Source of the DNA: an uncultured Candidatus Actinomarina sp.
Lineage (GTDB): Bacteria; Actinomycetota; Acidimicrobiia; Actinomarinales; Actinomarinaceae
Reading direction: 5' to 3'
NCBI GenBank assembly: GCA_902565645.1
Contig: CACFFJ010000002.1
Location: 39,105 to 103,104 of the forward strand
DNA length: 64,000 nucleotides
Part shown: positions 36,609 through 45,832 of the stretch, piece by piece
How positions within the stretch are numbered: position 1 is the stretch's first letter
Layout: every line of letters begins with the position of its first letter
The notes under the pieces: generated by a model
The model's database searches: none
What the model was told of the DNA's origin: nothing
What the model saw: only the letters and a program-made list of their open reading frames with translations
Translations under genes and position numbers: made by a program

Positions 36609-38471
36609 TTGAAACCTGAAAATTTAGAAGACTTTAGAAAACTTTCAAATATTGTAGAAAATGATACTGATTTGCTTGTTCAGAGCAGCAAGATGAACTT
36701 TGAAAAGAATGAATATAAAAATGAGATATGGAAATATTCAAAAAATGTCTGGAAAAAATATAAATGGTCTAAAACAAAAAATTTTTCCTCGCCTAAATAC
36801 TCTCACAATAAAAAGATGGTTTCATATATTAAATCAGAAAAAATAAATAAGAAGGATTCTTTGAATACTCTTTGTATCCAAAGTGGAAATTCTATAAAGA
36901 ACGTTTTTGAAACAAAAGACTCTATCCAGAGCTATATTTGGAGTTCTAATGATAAGTATCTCTATGTTGTGACTAAAGAGTGGGATAGCTATTTCAAGAA
37001 AGTTGAGAACAAGGAAATGGAGCCACTGTATTTAGAGAACCTTCCCTTTAGGTTTGATACAAGAGGAATAATTTATAATAGAAGAAATCACTTATATAAA
37101 GTAAGTATTGGTTCGTCAAGTAGTTCAAAGATTGTTAACGGAGATAAAGAAAATTTTATTTCTATTGGTTCCCTTGTTGAGAAAGGGTCCTCTCTTTACT
37201 TTACTGCTAGTTCTTACAATGAGTCGGGAACGATGCTTGATGAAAAGATAGTTAAAAAAACAGGGAACTCATTAAAAACAATCCGATCAGAAGGAAGTTG
37301 GGGAAAACTATTTATTTTTAATAATGATCTTTATGGAATCGGTTTAGAGAAGAGATTTGACTGGCCTACAAATATAAGCATTTTCAAGATAAGTGATGCG
37401 GGGAAAACTACTATGCTTTACCAAAATCTTGACAGAACAATAACAAACGTTAAATGCAAAGATTCTTCAATGTATGTTTTATATGAAGATTCTGGCAAGC
37501 AACTTTTAGCTAAAGGGGATGGCGTTAATTTTGAAAACTTAGTAAATGAAGAAGTAACAATATCTGACTTTGCAATAGGTGAATCTACAGTTTCTGTGGT
37601 TGCAGATACTTTTTCGAAGCAAGATGAAGTATATAAAATTGAAGATAAGAAATTAAAACAAATTTCAAAAACAAACAAAAGCTTTCACAAAAAAACTAAA
37701 TCTTTTGATTGTGTTTATAAAAGGATAGATACAGGAAAATCAAAAATAGATACTTGGGGTATTTCTGTTGGAAAAAATAATCCAACATTACTTAGCATTC
37801 ATGGAGGTCCTGCTGCTCAGTATGGTTTTACCTATTTTGATGAGTTTCAAACATATGCAGAAGCTGGATTTAATGTCATAGCTTGCAATCCAAGAGGTTC
37901 TTCTGGAAGAGGCCATAAGTTTTTAAGAGATGTTTGTGGAAATAAATGGGGGGTAAATGACACGCACGATGTGATATCTGCATTCAAGGGCATGGTGAAA
38001 GAGCTCAAAATTACAAATAAAAATTATGGAATTATGGGTGGCTCTTATGGCGGTTTTATGACTGGATGGATTATTAGCCATTATCCAAAAATGTTTAAAT
38101 CTTCAATTGTTGAAAGAGCTTTATTGAATTGGGAAACAATGGTTGGAACTTCAGATATAGGAATACACTTTCCAGAAATGTACTTATTAAAAGAATTTGA
38201 TAAGAATGTAGATTTGTATAGAAAGAAAAGTCCAATAACTTATGCAAATGAAATAATAACTCCAACATTAATAATTCATTCAGAAAACGACTTTCGCTGC
38301 CCTGTTGAGCAAGGAGAACAGCTTTTTTCTAACCTTAAGCGTAGAAATATAGACTCAGCAATGATGCGATTCCCAGCAGAAAGCCACGAGCTATCAAGAT
38401 CCGGGCAACCAGTTCATAGAAGACAGAGATTTGAAGCAATAATTAATTGGCATAAAAAACACTTATTGTAA
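36609..38471 (+). CDS. S9-family serine peptidase (prolyl oligopeptidase/acylaminoacyl-peptidase type) with N-terminal beta-propeller region
   Basis: C-terminal GGSYGGFMTGW nucleophile elbow, then D and H (ENDFRCP ... ESHEL). 620 aa, TTG start. Confidence 0.75.
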   Translation: MKPENLEDFRKLSNIVENDTDLLVQSSKMNFEKNEYKNEIWKYSKNVWKKYKWSKTKNFSSPKYSHNKKMVSYIKSEKINKKDSLNTLCIQSGNSIKNVFETKDSIQSYIWSSNDKYLYVVTKEWDSYFKKVENKEMEPLYLENLPFRFDTRGIIYNRRNHLYKVSIGSSSSSKIVNGDKENFISIGSLVEKGSSLYFTASSYNESGTMLDEKIVKKTGNSLKTIRSEGSWGKLFIFNNDLYGIGLEKRFDWPTNISIFKISDAGKTTMLYQNLDRTITNVKCKDSSMYVLYEDSGKQLLAKGDGVNFENLVNEEVTISDFAIGESTVSVVADTFSKQDEVYKIEDKKLKQISKTNKSFHKKTKSFDCVYKRIDTGKSKIDTWGISVGKNNPTLLSIHGGPAAQYGFTYFDEFQTYAEAGFNVIACNPRGSSGRGHKFLRDVCGNKWGVNDTHDVISAFKGMVKELKITNKNYGIMGGSYGGFMTGWIISHYPKMFKSSIVERALLNWETMVGTSDIGIHFPEMYLLKEFDKNVDLYRKKSPITYANEIITPTLIIHSENDFRCPVEQGEQLFSNLKRRNIDSAMMRFPAESHELSRSGQPVHRRQRFEAIINWHKKHLL

Positions 38472-39713
38472 TTAGTCAATATCTCTATATATTAATCTGG
38501 TACCTCTCTTGTTCAGGAAGTAAGCAAAGACCCACTCAATAGCTACAACAATTTTGGATCGATACCCAATTAAATAAATTAAATGAATTAGGCTCCAAAA
38601 CAACCAAGCAATAACTCCTGACATTTCATACCTTCCAACAATTCCAATGGCTTTGAATCCCCCTATAGTTGCCATCATTCCTCTGTCTTTGTACTTAAAG
38701 GTTTTCCTTTCGTTGTAAGCAGTTTTATTTTTTATATTCTTTCCAACATACCTTCCTTGTTGTATTGCAACGGGAGCTATTCCTGGCAAAGAAGTTCCTT
38801 CCTCATTTTTGAAGTTTGCAGCATCACCAATAACAAAAATGTTTTGGTCATCTTTAATAGAGCAATCTTTATTAACTATTGCTCTTCCTTCTAAATCTAC
38901 TTCTGTCCCTAATTTTTCTATTAAAGGGCTGGCTTTATTTCCAGCTGCCCATATTATGTTGTCTGTTTGTATTGTGTCTTTATCTGTAGTTACAACCATC
39001 TCTTTAATGTCTTCAACTCTTTCTTCTGTTCTTATTGTTACGCCAAGGCTTTTGAGATATTTAGATGCCTTGTTTGAAAGTTTATTACTATATGTTGGGA
39101 GTATCTTTGATCCTGCTTCAATTAAGTAAATGTTTGATTCTCTACTACTAAAATTTCTAAACTCTTTGTGTATGTTTTTATAAGCAATCTCCGCAATAGA
39201 CCCGGCTAACTCAACACCTGTGGGCCCCCCTCCGACAACAACAAAGTTTAGATACTTCTTCCTTAGTCTTTCATCCTCTTCATTTTCTGCTTTCTCGAAT
39301 GCTTTAAGTATTTTTTCTCTAATGTCAAGAGCATCGTTAATGTCTTTTAGTCCTTTTGAATATTTTGACCACTCATCGTTCCCAAAATAGGAGTAACTAG
39401 ATCCAGTACTGATAACTAGTTGGTCGTATTTAATTTTTTCATTACTGTTTAAAATAATCTCTTTTCTTTCTTTATTTATATCAACGACTTCACCTAGAGT
39501 TATCTGCACGTTCTTATCTTTTTTAAATAATTTTCTTATTGGAACAGTTATGTCTGCTGGAGAAAGAACTGCTGTTGCTACTTGGTAAAGAAGTGGTTGA
39601 AAAAGATGGTGATTAGTTTTATCTATTAATAGAAATTGATGTTCACTTTTTCGTGCTTCTTGTAAAAGGCTTAATCCTCCAAAACCGCCTCCAACAATTA
39701 CAACTTTTGACAT
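38472..39713 (-). CDS. ndh: type II NADH dehydrogenase (NDH-2)
   Basis: MSKVVIVGGGFGGL first dinucleotide-binding motif, second GGGPTGVELAG motif, C-terminal membrane-anchoring amphipathic region; 413 aa. Confidence 0.85.
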   Translation of the reverse strand: MSKVVIVGGGFGGLSLLQEARKSEHQFLLIDKTNHHLFQPLLYQVATAVLSPADITVPIRKLFKKDKNVQITLGEVVDINKERKEIILNSNEKIKYDQLVISTGSSYSYFGNDEWSKYSKGLKDINDALDIREKILKAFEKAENEEDERLRKKYLNFVVVGGGPTGVELAGSIAEIAYKNIHKEFRNFSSRESNIYLIEAGSKILPTYSNKLSNKASKYLKSLGVTIRTEERVEDIKEMVVTTDKDTIQTDNIIWAAGNKASPLIEKLGTEVDLEGRAIVNKDCSIKDDQNIFVIGDAANFKNEEGTSLPGIAPVAIQQGRYVGKNIKNKTAYNERKTFKYKDRGMMATIGGFKAIGIVGRYEMSGVIAWLFWSLIHLIYLIGYRSKIVVAIEWVFAYFLNKRGTRLIYRDID

Positions 39714-39744
39714 TTAATCAAAGTATATCTTGAAAATAAAGAAT

Positions 39745-40245
39745 TTAATGCTCTCTAGATCTGGATGATTTTGTTAATGTTTTTTCTAATTTCCCATTCT
39801 GGAATATAAATGATTCAATTCCTTGAACTAAATGTTTCCCTTGTTGAGACTTTTGTGAAATAACCTGTAAAAGCATGCCTTCAAAGGGTGATATGAGGGT
39901 TATTGAATGTTGCTTAAAGTGCTTTGATGATTGATCTCTTCTAATAACGTCACTTATCATATGTTGAGATTCCCATGACCAGTCTTCGTCTACAACTACA
40001 AACTTGCAAACATGTTTAGTCTGCGATTTATCTATTCTTGCTCCCGGACAAACAACCAAAGACCCTTCAACCCAGGGGTTTAGACCAACTCCATCAAGCT
40101 TTGGGAAGCCAATATTAAATGCAGAATCTATAACTTCGTCAGTATCTCCTTTTTCTAGATTTCTTTTTTTTATTATTTCAGATATAGAGTTTTGAATATC
40201 AAATAACTCTTCGTCTTTCAAGTCTTCTAGTTCTGTTTTGTCCAT
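39745..40245 (-). CDS. hypothetical protein
   Basis: 166-aa ORF, acidic N-terminus, no recognised motif. Confidence 0.3.
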   Translation of the reverse strand: MDKTELEDLKDEELFDIQNSISEIIKKRNLEKGDTDEVIDSAFNIGFPKLDGVGLNPWVEGSLVVCPGARIDKSQTKHVCKFVVVDEDWSWESQHMISDVIRRDQSSKHFKQHSITLISPFEGMLLQVISQKSQQGKHLVQGIESFIFQNGKLEKTLTKSSRSREH

Positions 40246-40284
40246 ACTTTAAATTAAAACAGGTATGTAAGACATTTTCTCAAG

Positions 40285-40653
40285 TTAATCATCTAAGTTA
40301 TCTAAGGGGTTTTCTGGTTGACATACATCAAATGCAGATTGAACTTCATCTGATGTCCAGTCAACATCAGCATCCCTGAAAGCAAAGAAACCAAACTCTC
40401 CTGGAGTAGGGTCTGGAAAGTCAACCCCCTGTTCTCTCATGCATTGTGAAAATTCTAATGATGCATCAATTAAAGCTGCTTCAACTTCTGGGTCTAAGTC
40501 AAACTGTTCTGGCAAAGCTCTCCTTAGGATGTCCTCACAATTTGTGAAGGCTTCTTCAAAAACTTCTTCATCTTCAATATTAAGATTATTAAATTCGGGG
40601 TTCCCTTCAGAATCGAAAGTTGGGTCAGGAAAATTAATACCCTCTTCCCTCAT
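40285..40653 (-). CDS. small secreted two-Cys-module protein, paralog 1; the N-terminus probably extends upstream to ~40790 with a signal peptide but no canonical start codon
   Basis: Two copies of the module [AS]QCMRE[EQ]G[IV][DN]FPDPT ... C. The upstream in-frame sequence encodes KKIKRITLLLFISFCTIGGEETQGVATIETTTE, a lipoprotein-like signal plus the GVAT motif shared with the paralogs. Confidence 0.45.
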   Translation of the reverse strand: MREEGINFPDPTFDSEGNPEFNNLNIEDEEVFEEAFTNCEDILRRALPEQFDLDPEVEAALIDASLEFSQCMREQGVDFPDPTPGEFGFFAFRDADVDWTSDEVQSAFDVCQPENPLDNLDD

Positions 40654-40802
40654 ACATTGTGCAAATTCAAGTATTCCTTCTTCAAAAGTTAGTTCTTCTT
40701 CTGAAACTGTTATCTCGGTTGTTGTCTCAATAGTTGCGACGCCCTGTGTTTCTTCGCCACCTATTGTGCAAAAACTAATAAACAGTAGTAAAGTAATCCT
40801 TT

Positions 40803-41984
40803 TTATTTTCTTACTGCCTCCGCTGGTTGAATCTTTGATGCTTTTATTGCTGGATACACTCCTGAAAGAGCGCCTATTAGAAGTGCTAATAAAATTGCGC
40901 TTAAAACTTCTAAAGCTGGTATTGAGAAAACAATATTTGTATAGTTTGTATATCCAAGGGTGACTCCAACCCCAAGAAGCACCCCTATAAGACCCCCAGC
41001 CCCTGATAAAAGAATGCTTTCAAGTAAAAACTGGTACCTTATTTCTTTTCTTGTTGCCCCAATGGATCTCCTAACACCAATCTCCATTCTTCTTTCTAGT
41101 ACTGACATAACCATTACGTTCGCTATAGCTACACCTCCAACCAATAAGGCAACGGAGCCGAGTCCTAAAAGTAGATTTGTAAAAGCTACTTCTGCGGCTT
41201 CTTGAGCCTCAAGGGCATCAGAAGGTCTAGAAACACTTACCTGATCAGGATTTTCTGGATTCATTGATGGTGCTAAAACTTCAACAACATCTTCTACATA
41301 TGTTGGGTTGGCTCTTACATAAATTGTGGTTGGTTCTCTATCTACATTAAATAAAGTTTCTGCAACACCATAACCAATAAATACTGATCGATCTAGGTCT
41401 GGGTGAATCTTTAGTTCATCTAAAATTCCAACTACCCCAAACCACTCGTTTTCAATTAATATTTTTGTTGGTTTAGCAAGAGATGTTATTCCAAGTCTAG
41501 AAGCGGTAACGTTTCCTAAAACAGTTACTGGTATGTTGCTTAATCCTTTATCAATGAATCGACCTTCAGTAAGATTTCCTCCAACAACATCTAGTAACTC
41601 TGAGCTTGTTACGACGGTAGATATCCCTCCTCCTTCGAATTCAGATATGAAATCTGTCCGTCTCACCAACAAGTCTGTTTGAGTTGTCGATGTAACTTCT
41701 TCTACTGGACCTATTCTTTCAACCATTCCCAAAACTCCATCTGGCAACTTCTCTTGTGTTCCAAAAAATCCAGCCTGAGGAGATGCCTTAATCAGGTTTG
41801 TCCCAAGTGATTCTAAAGTTGCTAAAAGGTCTGCTCTTCCAGATGCAGAAATTCCTGTCACGGCAACTATTGCAGCTATACCTATTCCAATTCCTATGGA
41901 AGTTAAAGCCGCCCTTCCTCTTCGAGATTTTACTCCATACAGAGCAACAAAAAATAGGTCTTTTTTCTTTAGCTTCTGTTTCAT
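40803..41984 (-). CDS. MacB/FtsX-family ABC transporter permease with large extracytoplasmic domain
   Basis: 393 aa with an N-terminal TM, a ~220-aa periplasmic-type domain and a C-terminal FtsX 3-TM bundle. It is translationally coupled to the upstream ATPase. Confidence 0.8.
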   Translation of the reverse strand: MKQKLKKKDLFFVALYGVKSRRGRAALTSIGIGIGIAAIVAVTGISASGRADLLATLESLGTNLIKASPQAGFFGTQEKLPDGVLGMVERIGPVEEVTSTTQTDLLVRRTDFISEFEGGGISTVVTSSELLDVVGGNLTEGRFIDKGLSNIPVTVLGNVTASRLGITSLAKPTKILIENEWFGVVGILDELKIHPDLDRSVFIGYGVAETLFNVDREPTTIYVRANPTYVEDVVEVLAPSMNPENPDQVSVSRPSDALEAQEAAEVAFTNLLLGLGSVALLVGGVAIANVMVMSVLERRMEIGVRRSIGATRKEIRYQFLLESILLSGAGGLIGVLLGVGVTLGYTNYTNIVFSIPALEVLSAILLALLIGALSGVYPAIKASKIQPAEAVRK

Positions 41985-42665
41985 TTACGCTACAACTCTT
42001 CCATCTACTAATTTCACTACTTTTTTAAATTTTTTTGCGTGGTCTAGATTGTGTGTAATCATAATGATTGTTTTACCTTGCTTATTAAGCTCTTTAAGAA
42101 TGCTTAGAATATTATCTCCTGATTGTTTATCTAGGTTTCCTGTTGGCTCATCTGCTAAAACAAAGGCTGGGTTTTGAACAAGAGCTCTTGCTACAGCTAC
42201 CCTTTGCTGTTCTCCTCCAGATAATTCTTTAGGTAAATGTTCTAGTCTGTCTCCTAGCCCAACATCCTGCAATACCTTTTTTGCCCTCTTTAATCTCTCT
42301 TCTCTTTTGATTCCTTGGTACAACAAACCCTCTGCGACATTTTCCTGAGCTGTTAAACCAGGCAAAAGAAAAAAGCTTTGAAATATAAACCCAATCTTCT
42401 CTCCTCTGAATTTTGAAAGTTCGTTGTCTGACATGACAGAAACGTCCTGTCCTTCAATCTCTATAGCTCCTTCTGTAAGAGAATCCAGTAAGCCAATCAT
42501 ATTTAAAAGCGTTGATTTGCCACTTCCCGACTGTCCAACTATTGAAACTAAATCTCCTTCTTTTATGTCTAGAGAAATGTTATCAACCGCTTTTACCGGT
42601 GGAGGTCCTTCATAAACTTTCGAAATGTTTTTTAAAGATATTACAGTTTTCGCTTTTGTTTTCAT
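41985..42665 (-). CDS. ABC transporter ATP-binding protein (MacB/LolD type)
   Basis: GQSGSGKSTLLN Walker A, LSGGEQQRVAVARAL signature and Walker B DEPTGNLD; 226 aa. Confidence 0.85.
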   Translation of the reverse strand: MKTKAKTVISLKNISKVYEGPPPVKAVDNISLDIKEGDLVSIVGQSGSGKSTLLNMIGLLDSLTEGAIEIEGQDVSVMSDNELSKFRGEKIGFIFQSFFLLPGLTAQENVAEGLLYQGIKREERLKRAKKVLQDVGLGDRLEHLPKELSGGEQQRVAVARALVQNPAFVLADEPTGNLDKQSGDNILSILKELNKQGKTIIMITHNLDHAKKFKKVVKLVDGRVVA

Positions 42666-44236
42666 CTTGGTACAACTACTAGCTGTCCTTCTTTTATGTT
42701 TCCAACTATTTCAACAAACCCGTCTGTAAATACACCTATCTCTACTCCTACGTATGTTGTCTCTATCCCTGATTCGCCCTTAAATATTTGGTCTTCTGGG
42801 TCTCCATTGTAAATTTCTACTGCGTAACCACCCTCAGCAAGAGCAAGCAAGGCATTCACGGGTACATAAAGCACATCTTCTGATACCTCTGTTACAACAA
42901 AGACTTTAACCGGTGCTTGGTCGTATACGTCTATTTCCGCTGAGTTAAGAACATCTAGCTTTACTTGAATAAAGTTTCCAGCTTGTGTCTCCGTTACTAC
43001 TTGATCAATAAATTTAATTACAGTATTAACCCTCTCGTCTGTTGGTAGCTCAACCTCAACTTCTTCACCTAAAGTAACGGTGTCTTGATCCGCTGCTGGA
43101 AGCCAAAATAAAACTTCGACTCCTGTCGACGAAGTGTTGTAAATCTGACCATTTATAGTTATAGCTCCTCCAACTTTATTTATATATGTTCCGACAATCA
43201 ATTCTGTATCGGACGCATAAGCATTTGTAGGACTAAAGGTTTCGGACTTTGCTGCTAGTTCTAAATCTTGTAGCTCTTCTTTAGCTTTTTCTAATTCAGC
43301 CTTTTCATCTACCCCTTCGTTGTATGCCTCAAGTGCATCATCGTATGCTTTTTGGGCTGTTTCTATTGCTAAGGCTTCGGTAGCGTCAATTCCCGATTCC
43401 TTCCCTTCCTCTAGTGCTTTAATTCTCTTCTGTTTTTCAATTGATTGTTCTAGGTCTTCTATCTCAGCGTCTAAAGTTCCAGCCGCTTTTTTTTCTTTTG
43501 TTTCAGGATTAGTTTCGTCTCTTAATAGTGATAATGACTGCTCGGAAGCTTCAATTGATGCATCTGCCGCTTTCCAGGCTGAATTTTCTTCTGTTGCTGC
43601 TTCATTTGCTTCGTCTAATTTTTTCTTTTTATCATTAACCTGAGCCAACGTTACTCCACCTGAAGCAATTGTCTCTTCAATAGCCTCTATCTCTTCCTTC
43701 TTTGCGTTAATAGCTACTTGTTCTGTAGGGGTTATCTCAGATTTTGTTTCAATACCGTAGTCTATGTATAAATTATTTAGCATTTGAGATGTTGTTTCGT
43801 CAAAGTTTTCATCCGGAGTAAACCCATCGTCTGAATATCCAAGGTTGACCAATGCTTCTTCAATTTGTTTAATATCGGGACCATCGTCTGAGTTTAAATC
43901 AAGCGTCCTGTAGAAAGGAATCGAACCTTGTAAGAGGATAACTGGTTTATTGTCAACAGCGTATAATACTTGTCCGAAGTTGATAATTGTTCCTTCTTCT
44001 GGAAGATAAGTTATAACTCCAGTAATTGAAGAATTTAATATCGATTTGTCAACTTGACTAAGTGTTCCACTGTATTCTTCTTTTTTTGATAAATCTCCTT
44101 TTGAAATCTTGACTGTTGTAAGCTCAAGGGTTTTTTCAGAACCCTGAGATGTTGTTTTTTGAGATCCGAAATAGTAGAAAGATGCTCCTGTAAATATAAG
44201 AATAAGTAAAGCAATTAAATTTTTTCTTGATAACAT
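42662..44236 (-). CDS. HlyD-like membrane-fusion/periplasmic adaptor protein with long coiled-coil and putative peptidoglycan-binding-like segment
   Basis: N-terminal TM (LIALLILIFTGASFYYF), a ~150-aa Glu/Ala/Lys-rich coiled coil and a C-terminal beta-rich domain. The segment IKQIEEALVNLGYSDDGFTPDE resembles a PG-binding motif. Confidence 0.6.
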   Translation of the reverse strand: MLSRKNLIALLILIFTGASFYYFGSQKTTSQGSEKTLELTTVKISKGDLSKKEEYSGTLSQVDKSILNSSITGVITYLPEEGTIINFGQVLYAVDNKPVILLQGSIPFYRTLDLNSDDGPDIKQIEEALVNLGYSDDGFTPDENFDETTSQMLNNLYIDYGIETKSEITPTEQVAINAKKEEIEAIEETIASGGVTLAQVNDKKKKLDEANEAATEENSAWKAADASIEASEQSLSLLRDETNPETKEKKAAGTLDAEIEDLEQSIEKQKRIKALEEGKESGIDATEALAIETAQKAYDDALEAYNEGVDEKAELEKAKEELQDLELAAKSETFSPTNAYASDTELIVGTYINKVGGAITINGQIYNTSSTGVEVLFWLPAADQDTVTLGEEVEVELPTDERVNTVIKFIDQVVTETQAGNFIQVKLDVLNSAEIDVYDQAPVKVFVVTEVSEDVLYVPVNALLALAEGGYAVEIYNGDPEDQIFKGESGIETTYVGVEIGVFTDGFVEIVGNIKEGQLVVVPR

Positions 44237-44269
44237 ATTTTTTAATTTTAACCTCTGTTGTTCGGAATG

Positions 44270-44842
44270 CTAAGGGGCTTTTTCAAAAGTATCATTTTCT
44301 TCTTGGCATTCTTGTATATATTCTTTTATATCTTCTCTTTTCCCTCCAACTTCACTTAGGTTTAGTTTTGCGTTGTCTTGTGTTGGGTCGGCGATGTCGA
44401 TTCCCTTTTCTCGTAAGCATTGAGCTAGTTTTAAATTTGAGTCAAAACGTCTTGCCATTTCTTCTGGGTTTTCTGACTGCCTATCTGGCCATAGTTCATT
44501 ATCTTGTATGCACTCTTCTACATCTTTCATTATGGATGACCTCTCTTCTTTCCCTTTGTTTCTTGAAGTCATCTGATCTATTGTTGATTTTAAATCTTCA
44601 ATATCAAACGGTGTTTGTAGATCGTACCCTTTCTCGTTTAAGCAGCTGGTTAAAACAATTGGATAATCTTCTTCTGTAAGAACTTCCTTTTCATTGTCTG
44701 CTGCGCTGTTTTCACTAATTGTTGCTACTCCGATTCCATTATTAGATGAACAAGCTATATAAAGAAAAGAGGTAGTTAATATACAAATCTTTAATTTTTT
44801 CTTATGGATCATTTTCTTCTCTAAGGTCCTCTGGGACTTCAT
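44270..44842 (-). CDS. small secreted two-Cys-module protein (possibly a lipoprotein), paralog 2
   Basis: Signal peptide MIHKKKLKICILTTSFLYIACSS, GIGVATISEN, then two modules (SCLNEKGYDLQTP...EECIQDN; AQCLREKGIDIADPT...QECQEEN). Confidence 0.5.
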   Translation of the reverse strand: MKSQRTLEKKMIHKKKLKICILTTSFLYIACSSNNGIGVATISENSAADNEKEVLTEEDYPIVLTSCLNEKGYDLQTPFDIEDLKSTIDQMTSRNKGKEERSSIMKDVEECIQDNELWPDRQSENPEEMARRFDSNLKLAQCLREKGIDIADPTQDNAKLNLSEVGGKREDIKEYIQECQEENDTFEKAP

Positions 44843-45392
44843 ATCCGTTTTCCGTTATACATTCTCGAACCAGTGCTCTTAGGTCTTTTGCAGAAATTAC
44901 CCCTGTTACAACAAGTGGTGGGAGAGTATCTCTGAGACCAGTTTCACTTGTTGGGTCTGATACGTCTAATCCTTTTTCTCGTAAACATTGTGCTACCTCT
45001 AGCTCTGCGTCTAATATTGCTGCTTGTTGTTCTGGTGTTGCGTTTTCTCTTGCATCAAGCGGTATGTTGTTTTCTTCTGCACATTTTTCAATTATTGAAT
45101 AAAGCTCTTGTTGTTCAGCCTGTGTCATTTGAATAAAAATTGGGGTTAATATTCTTCTCAAGTCTCCTGGTTTTTTTGGGTCTTCAAGCTCATAATTATT
45201 ATCTCTTATACATTGTGCAAGCAATAACTCGGCGTCAACCCAGGAGAGCTCATTTGTATTTACCGTGGTAGTTGTTGATTCCATGTTTTCGAGGGTTGCT
45301 ACCCCAACACCTTCTTCTTTATCGTTATTAAAAAACGAACAAGAAGAAACTAAAAGAAAAACAAAAAAAAGTAAAAGTTTTTTCTTTCTCAT
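44802..45392 (-). CDS. small secreted two-Cys-module protein (possibly a lipoprotein), paralog 3
   Basis: Signal peptide MRKKKLLLFFVFLLVSSCS, GVGVATLEN, then modules AQCIRDNNYELEDP...EKCAEEN and AQCLREKGLDVSDPT...RECITEN. Its 3' end overlaps paralog 2 by 41 nt. Confidence 0.5.
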   Translation of the reverse strand: MRKKKLLLFFVFLLVSSCSFFNNDKEEGVGVATLENMESTTTTVNTNELSWVDAELLLAQCIRDNNYELEDPKKPGDLRRILTPIFIQMTQAEQQELYSIIEKCAEENNIPLDARENATPEQQAAILDAELEVAQCLREKGLDVSDPTSETGLRDTLPPLVVTGVISAKDLRALVRECITENGYEVPEDLREENDP

Positions 45393-45395
45393 TTT

Positions 45396-45830
45396 TTATT
45401 TTACGCCTAATTTTGCCTTTAGGTCATCGGTTATTTTTGTTGGCTTTTTTGTTTCTATGTCTGTATAGACATGAATAATTTCAGAAGCACTTGCAAGTTC
45501 TCCTGTTCCTTTTAAGAACATGCCCATTACCCAAGTCATGCTTGAGTTTCCAATCTCTTTTATTTTTAATCCAACCTCTATTTCGTCATCAAAGTATAAA
45601 GGCTTGTTGTACTGGACCGTTACCTGAACAGTGTGCCAGTCCTTATTTGTCTCCTCTATTTCTTTCTCGTAATCAAAGTCATACTCTCTATAATATTCAA
45701 CAACTGCCTGATCATAAAAAGCAAGATAATTTGCATTATGCATTATTCCCTGGGGATCAAGCTCGTAATACCTGATTCTTGTTTCCCAAAATACTTTAAA
45801 ATCGGATCTTTTTAGTTCTATTTTTGACAT
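45396..45830 (-). CDS. acyl-CoA thioesterase, hotdog fold (YbgC/4HBT family)
   Basis: 144 aa; FKVFWETRIRYYELDPQGIMHNANYLAFYDQA matches the 4HBT thioesterase N-terminal pattern. Confidence 0.7.
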   Translation of the reverse strand: MSKIELKRSDFKVFWETRIRYYELDPQGIMHNANYLAFYDQAVVEYYREYDFDYEKEIEETNKDWHTVQVTVQYNKPLYFDDEIEVGLKIKEIGNSSMTWVMGMFLKGTGELASASEIIHVYTDIETKKPTKITDDLKAKLGVK

Positions 45831-45832
45831 AA

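Noticed and set aside
36609-36720. Whether the S9 peptidase really starts at TTG 36609
   Set aside because: The annotation is kept, since no better start can be chosen without alignment. The first in-frame ATG (MNFEKNEYK, ~36696) is an equally plausible start and is noted only as an uncertainty.
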